64,000 nucleotides of DNA, from NCBI GenBank assembly GCA_951406725.2, contig OX597828.1, forward strand, positions 69,316,001 through 69,380,000, written 5' to 3'. This DNA is from Octopus vulgaris (taxonomy: Eukaryota). The notes under the pieces are model-generated. The model made no database searches. It was not told the DNA's origin and was given only the letters and a program-made list of their open reading frames with translations. The position numbers and the translations under genes were made by a program. Shown here piece by piece: positions 46,001 to 59,959 of this stretch (the stretch's first letter is position 1; each line of letters opens with the position of its first letter).

Positions 46001-46031
<31 letters not shown>

Positions 46032-46092
46032 CAACAACAACAATAATAATAATAATAATAATAATAATGATAATAATAATAATAATAATAAA

Positions 46093-46639
46093 TTGTCCTG
46101 ATTCAATACCAGGCAGTGGCTCTCATGGCTTCTGATCTTAACTAATTGGAAGTGTTATCATGTACATTGTTTTGTCTTGGTATAAAAGATGAGCTACAAC
46201 AAATATTCTGTTCAATACCACAGATTTGCCAGTCAGTTGTTTAACCTTAACCAGTTGAGCATGTCCCTTAGTGGCTGACGATATGTGAATGTCTGATCAC
46301 AAGCAGAAGTAGTGGGGGAGCATCATAGCCATTTGTTGACAGGGATTCTTTGGGGTTTGAATATTTCACCGGTGAAAACATGGGTGGTTTGTTCAACATC
46401 CTTAAGCAACCCTTCTCAGGGACCTTTTGAGCAGGATGGGTTACTTGACCAGAAGAAAATTCTAACTGCAAGGTCATGTGCTGTTTATCTTGATATGAGA
46501 TCAACATGTCGCGCACATATTGTTGTGATGCATATGCCTGGTGTATCCTTATCAGACAGGTAGTCATGATGGGTATACTGAGCTTCGTATATATTTACCC
46601 CAGTGTCACTTCGATGACATGCACTGCTCTCTCACTCAA
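46093..46639 (+). mobile_element. (TAA)-tailed retroposon 3' fragment, diverged copy
   Basis: Similar to 38150-38697. Confidence 0.75.
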
Positions 46640-46649
46640 TAATAATAAT

Positions 46650-46699
<50 letters not shown>

Positions 46700-46700
<1 letters not shown>

Positions 46701-47068
46701 GTACATGTATGATAATCGACATAGGAAGCCCCGGTGACAACAGGGTCAATGTGAAAGAAGAAGAAAAAAATAAACAGCTTTGACGATTTAAAGTGGGAAA
46801 TACAAAGGTTGTGGTCAATGAAGAGAGTAGAGGTGATACCCAGGGTAATTGGTGCACTTGGAAGTATCAGCACTCAACTACCAGCATGGCTGAAAAAGAT
46901 TGGTGCAAGTGTGAAGGTAGAACACCTACAAAAACCAGCATTGCTTGGAACTGCAAGAATTCTTCGCAGGGTTCTTGAAGCATGACCAGTAAACAAGTGT
47001 CACGTTAGTCTGTTGGCTGTGGACAGCTGACACTTTCCAGCATGCCTAGCAATACAAGCTGTGAGTTG
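46700..47068 (+). mobile_element. 3' fragment of a second R4/Dong-like family
   Basis: IIDIGSPGD..EKI..DDLKWEIQRLW..VIGALG..LQKPALLGTARILRRVL, between (TAA)n tracts. Confidence 0.75.
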
Positions 47069-47092
47069 ATAATAATAATAATAATAATAATG

Positions 47093-47136
<44 letters not shown>

Positions 47137-47137
47137 C

Positions 47138-47451
47138 TTCTCTACTCTAGGCTCAAGGCCCGAAATTTTTTAGCGGGGAAGGGACCAGTCGATTAGATCG
47201 ACCCCAGTACGCAACTGGTACTTAATTTATCGACCATGAAAGGATGAAAGGCAAAGTCGACGTCGGCGAAATTTGAACACAGAACGTCAAGACAGACGAA
47301 ATACCTATTTCTTTACTACGCACAAGGGGACAAACTTCGACTTAGCCTTTCATCCTTCCGGAGTCGATAAAACAAGTACCAGTTGTGTAACGGGGTCGAT
47401 GTATTTGACTATCCCCCTCTCCCTAATTTCAGGTTTGTGAAATAGAAAGGA

Positions 47452-47485
<34 letters not shown>

Positions 47486-47870
47486 GACGACGGCGTACAC
47501 GTCGGTCAAAAGGCTTTGCAGCATTTCGTCTGCCTTTCGGGTCTTAGTTGAAACTTTGTCAAGGTCGACTTACTTTTCATTCTTCCGGGTTCAATGAAAT
47601 AATTACCATTTTAGCAATGGAAGAAATATATTTTAGCATCTTGTCCGACGTAGTAACAATTCTTTCCCATAACAAATCCTTTCTATTACAGGCAAAAGAC
47701 CTGAAATTTCGGGCGAAGGGAAAGTCAATTTCAACGACCCCAGCGTTCAACTGGTACTTTTTTATCGACCCCTTCTACATTGAAAGGATAAACGGCAAAT
47801 TTGACCTCGGCGAAATTTGAACCAACAACATAAAGCCAGATGAAATGGCATTGAGCATTTTCCCAGCATG
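47138..47870. mobile_element. Cluster of SINE fragments in both orientations
   Basis: gtcgattagatcgaccccagt..ggtactt..atcgacc..gaaaggatgaaaggcaaagtcgac core repeated. Confidence 0.75.
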
Positions 47871-48276
47871 CCCAAGATGCTGTTACGGTAATACTAATTA
47901 AGTCGACATACGGCCACAATGTTATACAAAGATTCTCATGAAATTATTCTTGTTTAAAAGCATTAACAGACATGGCCCGTCAGAAATGTATAGTCTGGGC
48001 GTTTTGTGCTGACGAGTGCAAAAGAAGGTAATTCTTGGTTGTTTTTAAAGAATCGCAACGAAAATCCGTGGCAGAAAGGAAAAGGCATACGTTCACAAGT
48101 GTGGCCCCATCAATAACTTTGTTTCCTCATGGATTTTTTTAAATGAAATTTTCTACAAATACTGAATGTGTAGAGTCTGATTACATCGGAATTTGTGGTG
48201 CAAAAATTTTATTTATTTATTATTTTTTCGTGGGTGGAGTTAGGGTTAGGGTAAGGGTTCTGGAAAATTCATGCGG

Positions 48277-48664
48277 GTCCTACGCTTCTATACCTATAAT
48301 ACTCCTTCGTAAATTCAGTGATTACTCCTCACTTCTACTCCCTCTCTCTTTTCCTCTCTCCCCTCCATCACCTCATTATCTCTTTTCTTGCCATCATCGC
48401 ACTTCAAACATATACACACAATTGTCGAATACAAAGATTTTTGATGTCCCAGTGCAATCAAGGGGGAATAACTCTTCGGGGAAAATTTCATCGACAAATA
48501 TCAATTTTTTAAAAGTTGAGAAAGCAAAGTCAAACATCTTTGTATTCGACAATTGCGATGATGGCAAGAAAAGAGATAACGAGGTGATGGAGGGGAGAGA
48601 GGAAAAGAGAGGGGGAGTAGAAGTGAATTTACGAAGGAGTATTATAGGTATAGAAGCGTAGGAC
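48277..48664. mobile_element. Foldback element / MITE with ~110-120 bp inverted arms
   Basis: gtcctacgcttctatacc..gccatcatcgc versus gcgatgatggc..gtatagaagcgtaggac, plus inner pair aattgtcgaatacaaagat / atctttgtattcgacaatt. Confidence 0.8.
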
Positions 48665-49006
48665 GGGAGGGAGGAAATATGATAACGCGAGCAAAGGGGT
48701 GAGAGAAGAGGTGACTGTAGGGATGGTGAAAGGTGCTGCCTGCCTTTGTCGCGTTACCTGTATACATAGAATACTCCTTCAGAAACCGGTCAATTACCTC
48801 GCTAACACCTCCATTCCTCTCTTATCCCCGCTATCCAGTCACGCGAATATCCTGCCTAGTTTACACACACATGCGATTTTACGCTTCCGCCGTGCCGATG
48901 CAAGGGACATAATTCTGGAAACTCATTTTATTTGCAATAGATCACGTTTGAACTAAAGAAAGCTGTTACTTCCGCATCATCGTTTCAAATGTGGGTGAGA
49001 AAAATA

Positions 49007-49382
49007 TCTCTCTATATATAAACGACAAACTGTGTGTGTGTGTGTGTGTGTGCGTGTCCTTTATACAAATCCATAATTTTTCAGTTAGAGGGATTGCACT
49101 TTCTAGGGTCATTCAAAACTGTCCAAGGGTGGTCGTGCACATCTTTACATTTCCCCAGTCACCCGGCAAAGCCATTAAAAAATCAATAGAAGTGACTTTT
49201 TTGTGAATTTTCTATCCAAAACCCAATCAAAATGTCCGAAACTTGATACGCCAATTGAATGCCAGCTAGCTGTATGTGATTGGTCAGAGATTTGGACAGT
49301 ACTCGCGTGTATGTGTGCACGCACGCAGCTGTATATGCATGCACTAGCATTATGACCCGGCAACGCCGGGTCATAGTGCTAG
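49007..49382 (+). mobile_element. Non-autonomous Helitron-like element
   Basis: A|TC 5' end, CTAG|T 3' end, terminal hairpin ctagcattatgacccgg-caacg-ccgggtcatagtgctag. Confidence 0.7.
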
Positions 49383-49890
49383 TTAAGCAATATCAATACA
49401 TGTCAAAGTGACAAATAAACAAGGACTGTACCAGGTGGTCGTAGGATATTGGGTTAGGGTTAGAATCACTTTCAAATCACACACCTTTTCGTCTCAAAAT
49501 TATTTTAAAATTATAAACTAAAACAAATCGCTGATTCGAACAGTCCATACTTCAAAACTAAGACTAAAAAAGAATTTCGAAAAGAAGCAAAAAGTTTGGG
49601 GTTCTTGGGATGAGGTAGGATGGGGTGGGAGTTAATGAAAAATTTCACTATTGATACGAAATTACGTTTCGTCTTTTATTTCAAAAGGAAGCGAGGATTT
49701 CTCTATTTTTTTTAATCGAAAGAGCACCCCAAACTCACCATTGTTTTTAAGTGCGTGTCATCAGTGATGATGACAGAGACAGAGACAGAGAGGGGGAAAG
49801 AGATGATAGATAGATTTAATTGGAGGTCTGAGTTATCAATTTTGAATAAAAACAAAATATAAAGCTGACAGAAGGAATTTTTCAACTTAC

Positions 49891-49971
49891 ATCTGCAACG
49901 GCACAAAATATACAAAATGAGATGAAGGCAAATAATAAACCGAGACCAATCAACACCATCTGGATCAAGGT
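49891..49971 (-). CDS. Gene B coding exon 3 (TM3): [27 protein letters not shown]
   Basis: ttttctccgtttcag|81 nt|GTAAGT, phase 0/0; paralog at 2780-2860. Confidence 0.87.
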
Positions 49972-50027
49972 CTGAAACGGAGAAAATGATGTATGCATAC
50001 ATTAATTTATATCAAATTAAAATAATT

Positions 50028-50078
<51 letters not shown>

Positions 50079-50173
50079 GTGTGTGTGTACAAATGCGCGC
50101 ACACACACACTCATATATATATATATATATATGAGTTTACGTGTGCGACAGTATGTATATATATATATATGTA

Positions 50174-50255
<82 letters not shown>

Positions 50256-50320
50256 CATACATATATATATAAATATATATATATATATGTATGTATACAT
50301 ATACATATATACATATATAT

Positions 50321-50437
<117 letters not shown>

Positions 50438-50983
50438 CTGGTTGGTTGCATATTTACAGATTTTTATTAATAGGTCACAAGTTTTTATAAATCACATAAT
50501 AGTGCTTGCATCCACTCTAGCAGATTCTTCAGATTTGATTTTTTTTGAGGGGATTCGTCTCTTTTTATAGTATGTAGGGGTGCGAGAGATATAGGATAGT
50601 AAAAGAGAGTGAGGAATGTGGAGAAAGTGTGTGTATTTGTGTGTGTGTTTGTGTGTGTATGTATGTGTGTGTGTGTGTGTGTGTGCCAGTGTGTGTCTGA
50701 AAGGGGTGTCAATGGAAAAGAGAAGGAAAGAAAGAAGGAAAAAAGGAAGAAGAAAAAAGGAAGAAGAAAAGATTGTGTTTACATCTATACAGCTGTTCAG
50801 TTCTTTCAATAGAAGATAACAAATTGGTTAAAAAAAGTTATTTTTCAAAAAAAATTGTCTGGATTTAATGTCATCATCATCATCATCCTTGTCCAATGTT
50901 GAATTCCTCGTGCTGGTATGTGTTGGAAAATCTGGATGTAACATTGTTTCTATTTATGTATATGCACATATGTATAGTACTCT

Positions 50984-51030
<47 letters not shown>

Positions 51031-51119
51031 TGTGTTTAACACAAGATTACAGTTTACTTTTACAAAATTGGTCCTTCATCCAGTACAAATCATTACAGAA
51101 ATAGTGATATTTCACCAGT

Positions 51120-51204
<85 letters not shown>

Positions 51205-51269
51205 GTATACATGTATGTATGTATGTATGTATGTATGTATGTATGTATGTATGTATGTATGTATGTATA

Positions 51270-51312
<43 letters not shown>

Positions 51313-51507
51313 CTCAAGAGGAATGAAGATAAAGAACAATTCTTTACAAAAATGAAGATATTAGGGCGAGCAATAATGTACAAGGGAAAGTGTCTTGTGA
51401 GGGAGCTCAATGAAAAAGATATGCATACAATTTCTTGTACATTGTGAGGACATTATTATGCAAACTAAGCTGCAAACACGAGTTAAGTCCCCTTCTAGCG
51501 ACGGTGT

Positions 51508-51549
<42 letters not shown>

Positions 51550-53415
51550 CACATTTTTAAAGTTTCCTCTTTTTAGTGAGTGGTTGACAGATAAAAAGAG
51601 TCAGACAGGAGTTGTTATGTATGCATGTATGTATGTATGTATGTATGTATGTATGTATGTATGTATGTATATATGTATGTATGCGTGAATGGCTACAGTC
51701 ACACACACACGCGAACATGTATGCGTACAAAAAACATGTATGCAATAGGTGTACGTACGTACGCATCTGTATGTGTGTGTGTGTTACCCGTATATATATA
51801 TATATATATATATACACCCAATATAAACAATATTTTCCGTTTCTCCACAACAAATTTCCAAATTAGTTGAATCCGTTGCTCTACTCATAGTGACATATAG
51901 CTTGGTCGTGCGTGAACATGGGAGAGAGCAGAAGTTACCAGAGCAAAAATCCTAAGTGTTGACAGTAGACACGCTCATTCGCAAACGATCAGCTGTTATT
52001 TTGTAAACTGTTCATCTTCTCGAAAGGAGAGATCTGACTCTCACTTCTCCGCGGGAGAAGGTAAGCCTCTCTATTCATCTTACAAAACTTACGGCAGAGT
52101 GCCAAATTTACATTTTGTAAACAATGTTTCAAAAGTTAGTGTTTTCGAAAGGAGAGATCTGACGCCCGCATCTCTGCGGGGGAAGGTAGTATAGGTAGTG
52201 AAAAGCATTAAGTGTGGTTGTTTTGTGAAATAGTTTGTAACGTAAAATATTATAGTATAGGTAGTGAAAAGTTGTTGTTTTTTTGTACTATTGAATTTAA
52301 TAATAATAATAATAATAATATAAGTACTTTCGTTATTCCCTTAATAAACGAAATATTAGATCTAGACATATAAACGCTAAGTTATACGTTTTTAATAAAA
52401 AAAATTTTAGTTCATAAAATATCTTCGAAAAAAATAAGTATACATTTTATTTAAGAAATAATGGTGAAATTTATATGATTATTGATTAAAAAATATGTAT
52501 TTCTAATTTTTTTAATTTGTTAATTATAATTTAAAATACGTACTTTTATTTAATTATTCTTATTATTATAATTATTATATGTGAACTAAAATCTTAGAGC
52601 ATTATTTGTGGTTGTTTTGTGAAATAGTTTGTAACGTAAAATATTATAGTATAGGTAGTGAAAACTTTTTTATATTTCTTTCTTTATATACTATTCAATT
52701 TAATAATAAAAATAAGTACTTTGTTTATTTTATCGTTGAGCGAAATATTAGTTCTAGACATAAATTAATTTACTTATATAATAAGTTAAAATTAATTGTT
52801 AGTATATTGTTGAAATATATACAAAATACTATTGCAGGGTTGTGGCTGCAGCGTTGTTGATATAAGATATATTATAAGTCTACACATGTTTGTATAGGGT
52901 TTAGTACATAGTTAGAATCGGATCAAATTAGATGTTTATTTAATTAATAAAGTAATATATAATTTAATTAGTTAATAAATATAGATTATATTATAGTATT
53001 TTAGCTTAACTTAAGTATATTTTGAGTAGTTTTATTTTAATTAATTGAAATCTTATATTTTTCCCTGTAAAAATATACTATAGTTTGTTTAGATTATTCT
53101 CAAAGCTAAAATATATCTTCACAGATAATATACATATTTCTATCTATTTACTCTATTTTTTTCATTAGGTTTTTAACGGGATAAATGTATTATAAACACT
53201 TGGTCCTACTTTTTAAGTTTAAAATTTAGTTAACGGAATTTCTTCTATAAGAAGTATCATATTTTTATTTAATTCTGTTTCATTATTTATTAAAAATATG
53301 TATTTATTTAACTATTATTGTTATTATTGTTGACCTGAGGAGTGACTATACTTTTAAATTGAATTGTTTTTGGATCAATTAAATTTAAATTTAATTGTAA
53401 TTCGAATTAAATTGC

Positions 53416-53462
<47 letters not shown>

Positions 53463-53487
53463 TAATAATAATAATAATAATAATAAC

Positions 53488-53557
<70 letters not shown>

Positions 53558-53706
53558 TAGACATTCACTAGTACAACACTAAGTACAAAACCAAATATAT
53601 GCACCCTAGACATAACACGAACATGAACTTCCAACTTGTTGTCTCTTGAGGTCTCTGGGTGAAACTTGGAACCAACTTGTGCAAATATAAAGCTAAAGTC
53701 AAACAT

Positions 53707-53767
<61 letters not shown>

Positions 53768-53806
53768 TAATAATAATAATAGTAATAGTAATAGTTGTTT
53801 ACTTAC

Positions 53807-53872
53807 ATTTTCCACTATTGGTTTCAAGACGTAGAGACCAGTAAGAATGAGGAACACACCGACTATAGTAAG
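53807..53872 (-). CDS. Gene B coding exon 2: LTIVGVFLILTGLYVLKPIVEN
   Basis: tttgtttttcag|66 nt|GTAAGT; paralog at 4846-4911 with conserved upstream intron. Confidence 0.88.
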
Positions 53873-54059
53873 CTGAAAAACAAACATATTGAAATTGTGA
53901 TATCACTGTAAACATGTGTATGTCTAGTAGTAACTCACAATGTGCTAGAAAAAGCAGTCAAATTCTCCACCTTCAAACCTTGTTATTACACATAAAGGAA
54001 CGGACTTAGTGACATATAATTTGGTCGTTGGTTGTTTTAGGTTCTTACATAATCCCAAG

Positions 54060-54400
54060 TGGACCTAGATCATCTTTTCGACCCGCTCCTGCTATGTCCA
54101 ACTGATCATCCGGGATTCTGTGTACAATGGTCTCACCAATTCTAAACTGTATGTTTAATGTCTTTAGAGAAACACGATGGTCTTCAACTAGAAAATTGCG
54201 AATTCTCTCAACCAGCTGTTGATGTTCGGTAGCCCTGCTCCCTGCCACACCGTTTCATCGTCTCTCCTCTCTATTGTCCTTGAACCTCTTCTACCAGCGA
54301 ATAAGTTCATTAGAAAAATACTCATAAATTTCTGTAACATTTTGCTCAGTGCAACACATGCTTCTAAACATCCCGACTGCATTCAGCAAATTCGTCACCT
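54060..54400 (-). mobile_element. Decayed mariner-like transposase N-terminal fragment
   Basis: LVERIRNFLVEDHRVSLKTL..QFRIGETIVHRI resembles the second HTH of mariner transposases. Confidence 0.5.
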
Positions 54401-54688
54401 ATAACAAGCAGTGCATTGTAGGGTGTACCACACTGCACCGCCACGCATGTCCTAACTACAATAGCATACCACTTCATTTGCCATCATCACTTCAGCATAC
54501 AACATGGCTCGCACAGCAAGAGAAGCGAGAGAAAGGGCACTGACAAATAGAAAGGAAGAGGTTGAATGGTAGAGAGCAGGAGGTAAAAGGAAAATAGGAG
54601 AGAGGGTGGAAGTATAGAGGGAGTGATTGGAAAGACAGACAGACAGACAGACAGACAGACCAACAGACAGACAGACAGACAGACAGAC

Positions 54689-54744
<56 letters not shown>

Positions 54745-54755
54745 GGACAGACAGG

Positions 54756-54823
<68 letters not shown>

Positions 54824-54856
54824 CAGACAAACAGACGGACAGACAGACAGACAGAC

Positions 54857-54943
<87 letters not shown>

Positions 54944-54964
54944 GAAAGTGAGGAGTATACTCAC

Positions 54965-55114
54965 AAATAAACAACAGATCAATGTTCCAATGAATATGCC
55001 TCCTGCGTAGACGCAAGATATTATGAAAGTGAACAAACCAACCAGCACAGCAAGCAGACCAGAAAAGGTCATGTGCTTGCTAGGGAAATCATGAGCCAAG
55101 GGTAGAACCTGCAT
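54965..55114 (-). CDS. Gene B first coding exon: [50 protein letters not shown]; small four-TM protein, MS4A/CD20-like topology
   Basis: gtattctttcag acceptor at 55127, 12 nt UTR, ATG 55114, donor GTGAGT at 54964; FP.K, SG, GLFT, SC, FIGT.ICC shared with gene A. Confidence 0.88.
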
Positions 55115-55618
55115 TTTGCTGGATTACTGAAAGAATACAAGACAATACATAAATTAAGGAAAAAAGCACATTTCGGCTGGATAAATTTTAAAATAGAAGA
55201 AAAATCTATAAACAAGTAAGTAAACTGGCTGTTGCTGTTGTTTTTGTTGTCATTGCTGTTGCTTTTGCTGTTGAGCGAACGGTCTTCGGCCCAGAGCTCG
55301 CAAGATGGGAGAAGTCCGAAACGTGGTCCTTTGCTATTCGTAAGACCCGCAGAAGAGAAAGCAAGTCAAGCCCCGACACCGAGAGCATCGACGGATGGAT
55401 GAATGCGCATCCAGGCTCAGCGGTTGCGTAGGAAGTCGGGGACAAGGAACAGGAAGAAAGAGTGTGAGAAGATTGGAGCGAAAGAGTACAACAGGGATCG
55501 CTACCACCCCCTACCGGAGCCTCGTGGAGCTTTAGGCGTTTTCGCTCAGTAAACACGCACAACGCCCGGTCTGTTGTTGTTGTCGTCGCCGTCGCCGTCG
55601 CCGTTGTCGTCGTCGTCG

Positions 55619-55676
<58 letters not shown>

Positions 55677-56071
55677 TGTTGTTGTTGTTGTTGTTGCTGT
55701 TGTTGTTGTTGTTGTTGTTGTTGTAAATGCCATGAACCGGTGAACATTGCCAAATGCGTTACAGAATAAAGATGAAGACGGAAATTCTTCGTGAGAAATC
55801 GTGAGCAAAGAGTGGTAAGTAATCTTTTCATCGACTCATCCAGGGTTTCAGAGAGGTTAAAAAGATAACATGAATATTAATTATAAATGATACAAAGATG
55901 GTAAATGAGTAATTTGATGTTATTGAAGAATAATGTTCAGATGTTGAAAGATCTGACTAAAAGAAAAAGAAAGGAAAAAGATTAAAATATCATGGTGGCG
56001 GGAAGAAATAATAATGAAAACACACTTGCCTAGAGTCCGAAGATGTTACATTCAGTTCAAATCTTTACCTT

Positions 56072-56655
56072 CTTTTCTACTCTAGGCACAAGGCCCGAAA
56101 TTTTGGAGGAAGGTAGGGCAGTCGATTAGATCGACCCCAGTACGCAACTGGTACTTAATCTATCGACCCCGAAAGGATGAAAGGCAAAGTCGACCTAGGT
56201 GGAATTCGAACTCAGAATGTAGCAGCAGTCGAAATACCTATTTTTTTACTACCCACAATGGACTAAACACAGAGACGGCAAACAAGGACAGACAAACGGA
56301 TTAAGTCGATTATATCGACCCCAGTGCGTAACTGGTACTTATTTAATCGACAACCGAAAGGATAAAAGGCAAAGTCGACCTCAGCGGAATTTGAACTCAG
56401 TAAGTAAAGGCAGGCGAAATACCTATTTCTTTACTACCCACAAGGGTCTAAACACAGAGAGGACAAACAAGGACAGACAAACGGATTAAGTCGATTATAT
56501 CGACCCCAGTGCGTAATTGGTACTTAATTTATCGACCCTGTATGGATGAAAGGCAAAGTCGACCTCGGCGGAATTTGAACTCAGAACGTAACGGCAGACG
56601 AAATACAGCTAAGCATTTCGCCCGGCGTGCTAACGTTTCTGCCAGCTCACCGCCT
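56072..56655 (-). mobile_element. SINE with triplicated core
   Basis: Core atcgaccccagt..gaactcag occurs at ~56130, ~56314, ~56500 with one tRNA head at ~56650. Confidence 0.85.
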
Positions 56656-56989
56656 TTATATTGAAATAGAAAATATATATATTGAAATCTTCACATTAAA
56701 ATAAAGATCCTCTGTAAATGTATGATGTCCCTAAGGAACTAGGCTCAACGTAAGTCCGCGTTGTCTTGTCGCTAACTTAAAATCCAGATTGGTTTTACTG
56801 AAAGTTGCCTATTTATGGATAAGTGATTTGAAGTGGTTCAGGACGTATACCCTGACGACCTAGAAATATTCTGTACATTAGTGTATTGAAGGAGTAGAAT
56901 GGTATCTTCGATGCTCACTGGAATTGTGTAGAATCGGTGGATAGGAAGGAAGGGTGTATAAGAGCCTCTTCAACAAAATTATTATCATC

Positions 56990-57556
56990 TGACACTCCGT
57001 CAGTTACGACGACGTATGTTGCAGGTGATTCGATCAATGGAGCAGCCTGAGCATGAAATTAAAGTGCAAGTGGTTGAGTACTCCACAGACACATGTACCC
57101 TTCTTAGAAAAATTCTGCGTGACACAGAATGTGACAATGCTGGCCCCTTGAATTACAGGTACCACTCACTTTTGCCAGCTGAGTGGCAGTTGGAACAACG
57201 TGAAATAGAGTGTCTCAAAGACAAAACGCACCGGCGGGAATCGATCTCCCGACCTTACGATCATGATGTGAATACCCTAACCAAAGCCATGTGCCTTCAC
57301 TCAAAAAGGATAAAGATCCTTCCTGTGTCATACAAACTCGTAAAGCCGGTTTCCAGTGGGCGTGGCGCTTCTATTCTCTGCCCCTCCCCCCCGCTTCCGG
57401 GCGTGTCACTGGTCCGTCGCAGGATTACTCGTTTTGCCAGCTGAGTGGACTGGAGCAACGTGAAATGAAGTGTTTTGCTCAAGAACACAACGCGTTGCCC
57501 AGCCCAAGAATCGAAACCATAATCTGTCGATCATGACCACTAAGCTGCACGCCTCC
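56990..57556 (-). mobile_element. Two adjacent SINE copies of a second family
   Basis: gccagctgagtgg..gcaacgtgaaat..gtgt..gctcaagaacacaac core twice; also at 63130-63185. Confidence 0.7.
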
Positions 57557-57757
57557 ACAGATGGCAACATAACCAGAAAAATAATATTAAAAAAAGACGG
57601 GATAATCGAACAACGGTTTTGAATAGCAATCTGAATAAGAGAGAATCAGAACTAATTGCGAATTGGAATAACAGAATAACAGACGTGAAGGTAAACTAAT
57701 CGCGCTGAAAAGGACATATTCCGCTTCAACTGACCTAGTTGCAGGTGTATTCATACC

Positions 57758-57990
57758 TGGCGAGCTGGCAGAAACGTTAGCACGCCGGGCGAAATGCTTA
57801 GCGGTATTTCGTCTGCGTTACGCTGTGAGTTCAAATTCCGCCGAGGTCGACTTTGCCTTTCATCCTTTCGGGGTCGATAAATTAAGTACCAGTTACGCAC
57901 TGGGGTCGATGTAATCGACTTAATACCTATGTCTGTCCTTGTTTGTCCCCTCTGTGTTTAGCCCCTTGTGGGTAATAAAGAAATAGGTAT
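57758..57990 (+). mobile_element. tRNA-derived SINE
   Basis: ggcgagctggcagaaacgttagc..gagttcaaattcc head; reverse complement of 31273-31505. Confidence 0.85.
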
Positions 57991-58487
57991 TTTGATTGTC
58001 AAATGCTGCAGGCTTGGGGGCCAAGTCCCCGATCTAAGGAATATCTTGATCCATGAGTCTTAGAAATCCCTGAAAAGGGTCGTAGAATTTTTAGCTTCTC
58101 TATTCACAAATTAACTCAATAAACAAACGAAAAATGGATAACGTGATTCCACTGTATCAGAAGTTCTCAACCATTTCTTACCTGTGGACTACTTCATTTA
58201 ATATTTTATTTTGGTGGCTTCCATAGCCATTCGATGTTTCAAAATGTTATTTCATAAATACTTCTTTCAAAACACCCATTTTGATTTACTCATTCACATG
58301 GAGAGGTTGAACTTTGTAAAATGTTAGAGGAAGAAACCAAGGTATTTCTTGCGGTAAATACATATAAGTCAAAATCTTTCATGGACACTTAAATTGCTAC
58401 TGTTGATCCCCAATTTTCTATTTTGCCTGTGTGGAACCCCAAAAAATTTTATATGCCCCACCCACTTCCTGGAGTAATATACACTGA

Positions 58488-58610
58488 TCTATATAATGAA
58501 AGTTTGAAACTTCTAAAGAGATGAGTTGGTCAGAACTGGAATGCCATTAGAACGATCATAAAAATTATGGATCGCGGGCGGGGGCGGTCGGTCTAGGCTA
58601 AACAAACTAG
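58488..58610 (+). mobile_element. Very short Helitron-like element
   Basis: A|TCTATATAAT start, GC-rich subterminal stretch, CTAG|T end. Confidence 0.4.
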
Positions 58611-58864
58611 TTACATTTTATACTGTAAAATTAGCAGCAGCAGCAGTAGCAGTAGTAGTAGTTGTTGCTGTTGTTGTTGTTGGTGGCGGCAACAATTTGA
58701 ATTCTTTCACTGAGTGACACAAATGAATAACTTCAGTTACAAAATGAAACACCTCTAAATCGCCTGAATTAAAACAGCGACACCTACTGCTACTATTTGT
58801 AGTAGTAGTAGTAGTAGTTGTTGTTGTTGTTGTGGTGGTGGTGGTGGTAGAGAAACGTGTATGT

Positions 58865-59084
58865 GGGTACACATTGTAAAGCTGGGAGTGTCTCCCAAAA
58901 ATGTTTATTTGCCCATCAACGTGAAAGGAAACGACACAATATTGAAAAGCAAGCAAGATAAGAATTTGAAAAGAATAAGCATCGGGTAACAACACATTGA
59001 CAATAGAGTCCCGATAATTAACGTGGCACTTGAAACCATGATCACTCTTTAGTTGTGCGCAACACTACAACAAACTCCACCCAA
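58865..59084. repeat. Second copy of the 220-bp block at 7909-8128
   Basis: Direct comparison. Confidence 0.9.
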
Positions 59085-59091
59085 AACACAA

Positions 59092-59123
<32 letters not shown>

Positions 59124-59268
59124 AATATTCATAGTCGTCTTAACTGCAATTAAGGACCCAGGTTAAATCAATGAACTGAGCCTTGTAGTAATTATTTATT
59201 GACTGCAGCCCCATTGTATACACGGATCAAAACTGGGCCGTTAAACCCGTGAAACAAGTGGGCAACTG

Positions 59269-59310
<42 letters not shown>

Positions 59311-59321
59311 CAGGACGGTGC

Positions 59322-59386
<65 letters not shown>

Positions 59387-59682
59387 GACGAGCTTCTTTC
59401 AGTTTCCGTCTACCAAATCCACTGACAAGGCTTTGGTCGGCCCAAGGCTATAGTAGAAGATATATTATATATATCGTAGAATAAGATACAGGAAATCCTT
59501 GGTACACTATCATATATTTAGAAGAATGAATAGAAATAACTTTCCTGATAATTTTTCCACTTTAATAACGAGATGGTTATCAGAAAAGCTATTTTTATTC
59601 ATTCTTTCAAATATTCTATATATACGTACACATCGTTAGCCACTACACACATTTTTTTTCTCTCCTTGTTTTTTCTGTGTCC

Positions 59683-59718
59683 CTTTCTGTAGAAGAGCGT
59701 AGGCTCGAAACGTAAAAG
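59683..59718 (+). ncRNA. Hammerhead-like motif with CTGTAGA core
   Basis: cttt-CTGTAGA-a-gagc(gtag)gctc-GAAA-cg-TA-aaag; related to the 24460 motif. Confidence 0.45.
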
Positions 59719-59814
59719 ACTTTTTCTATTCCTGAGCGTTATACTAATACATCTGTTTATTTTGTACACCACCTGTCTTCGTCTTTTGTTTTTTTTCGTA
59801 AACACTCCCTATAT

Positions 59815-59860
<46 letters not shown>

Positions 59861-59928
59861 TGATGTATGTATATATTTATGCTTGTATATATGTATATAT
59901 GTGTATATGCATGTATGTGTGTACGTAT

Positions 59929-59959
<31 letters not shown>

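Noticed and set aside
48240-48258. TTAGGG telomere-like repeats (also ~49451)
   Set aside because: Only 2-3 units within repeat-derived sequence; not a telomere
49733-49830. GTGAGT donor downstream of the TM3 exon
   Set aside because: No suitable acceptor at a plausible distance
53807-53872. Resemblance of LTIV..L.GL to SLC23 transporter motif
   Set aside because: Assembled gene has only four TM helices and ~170 aa; similarity is superficial
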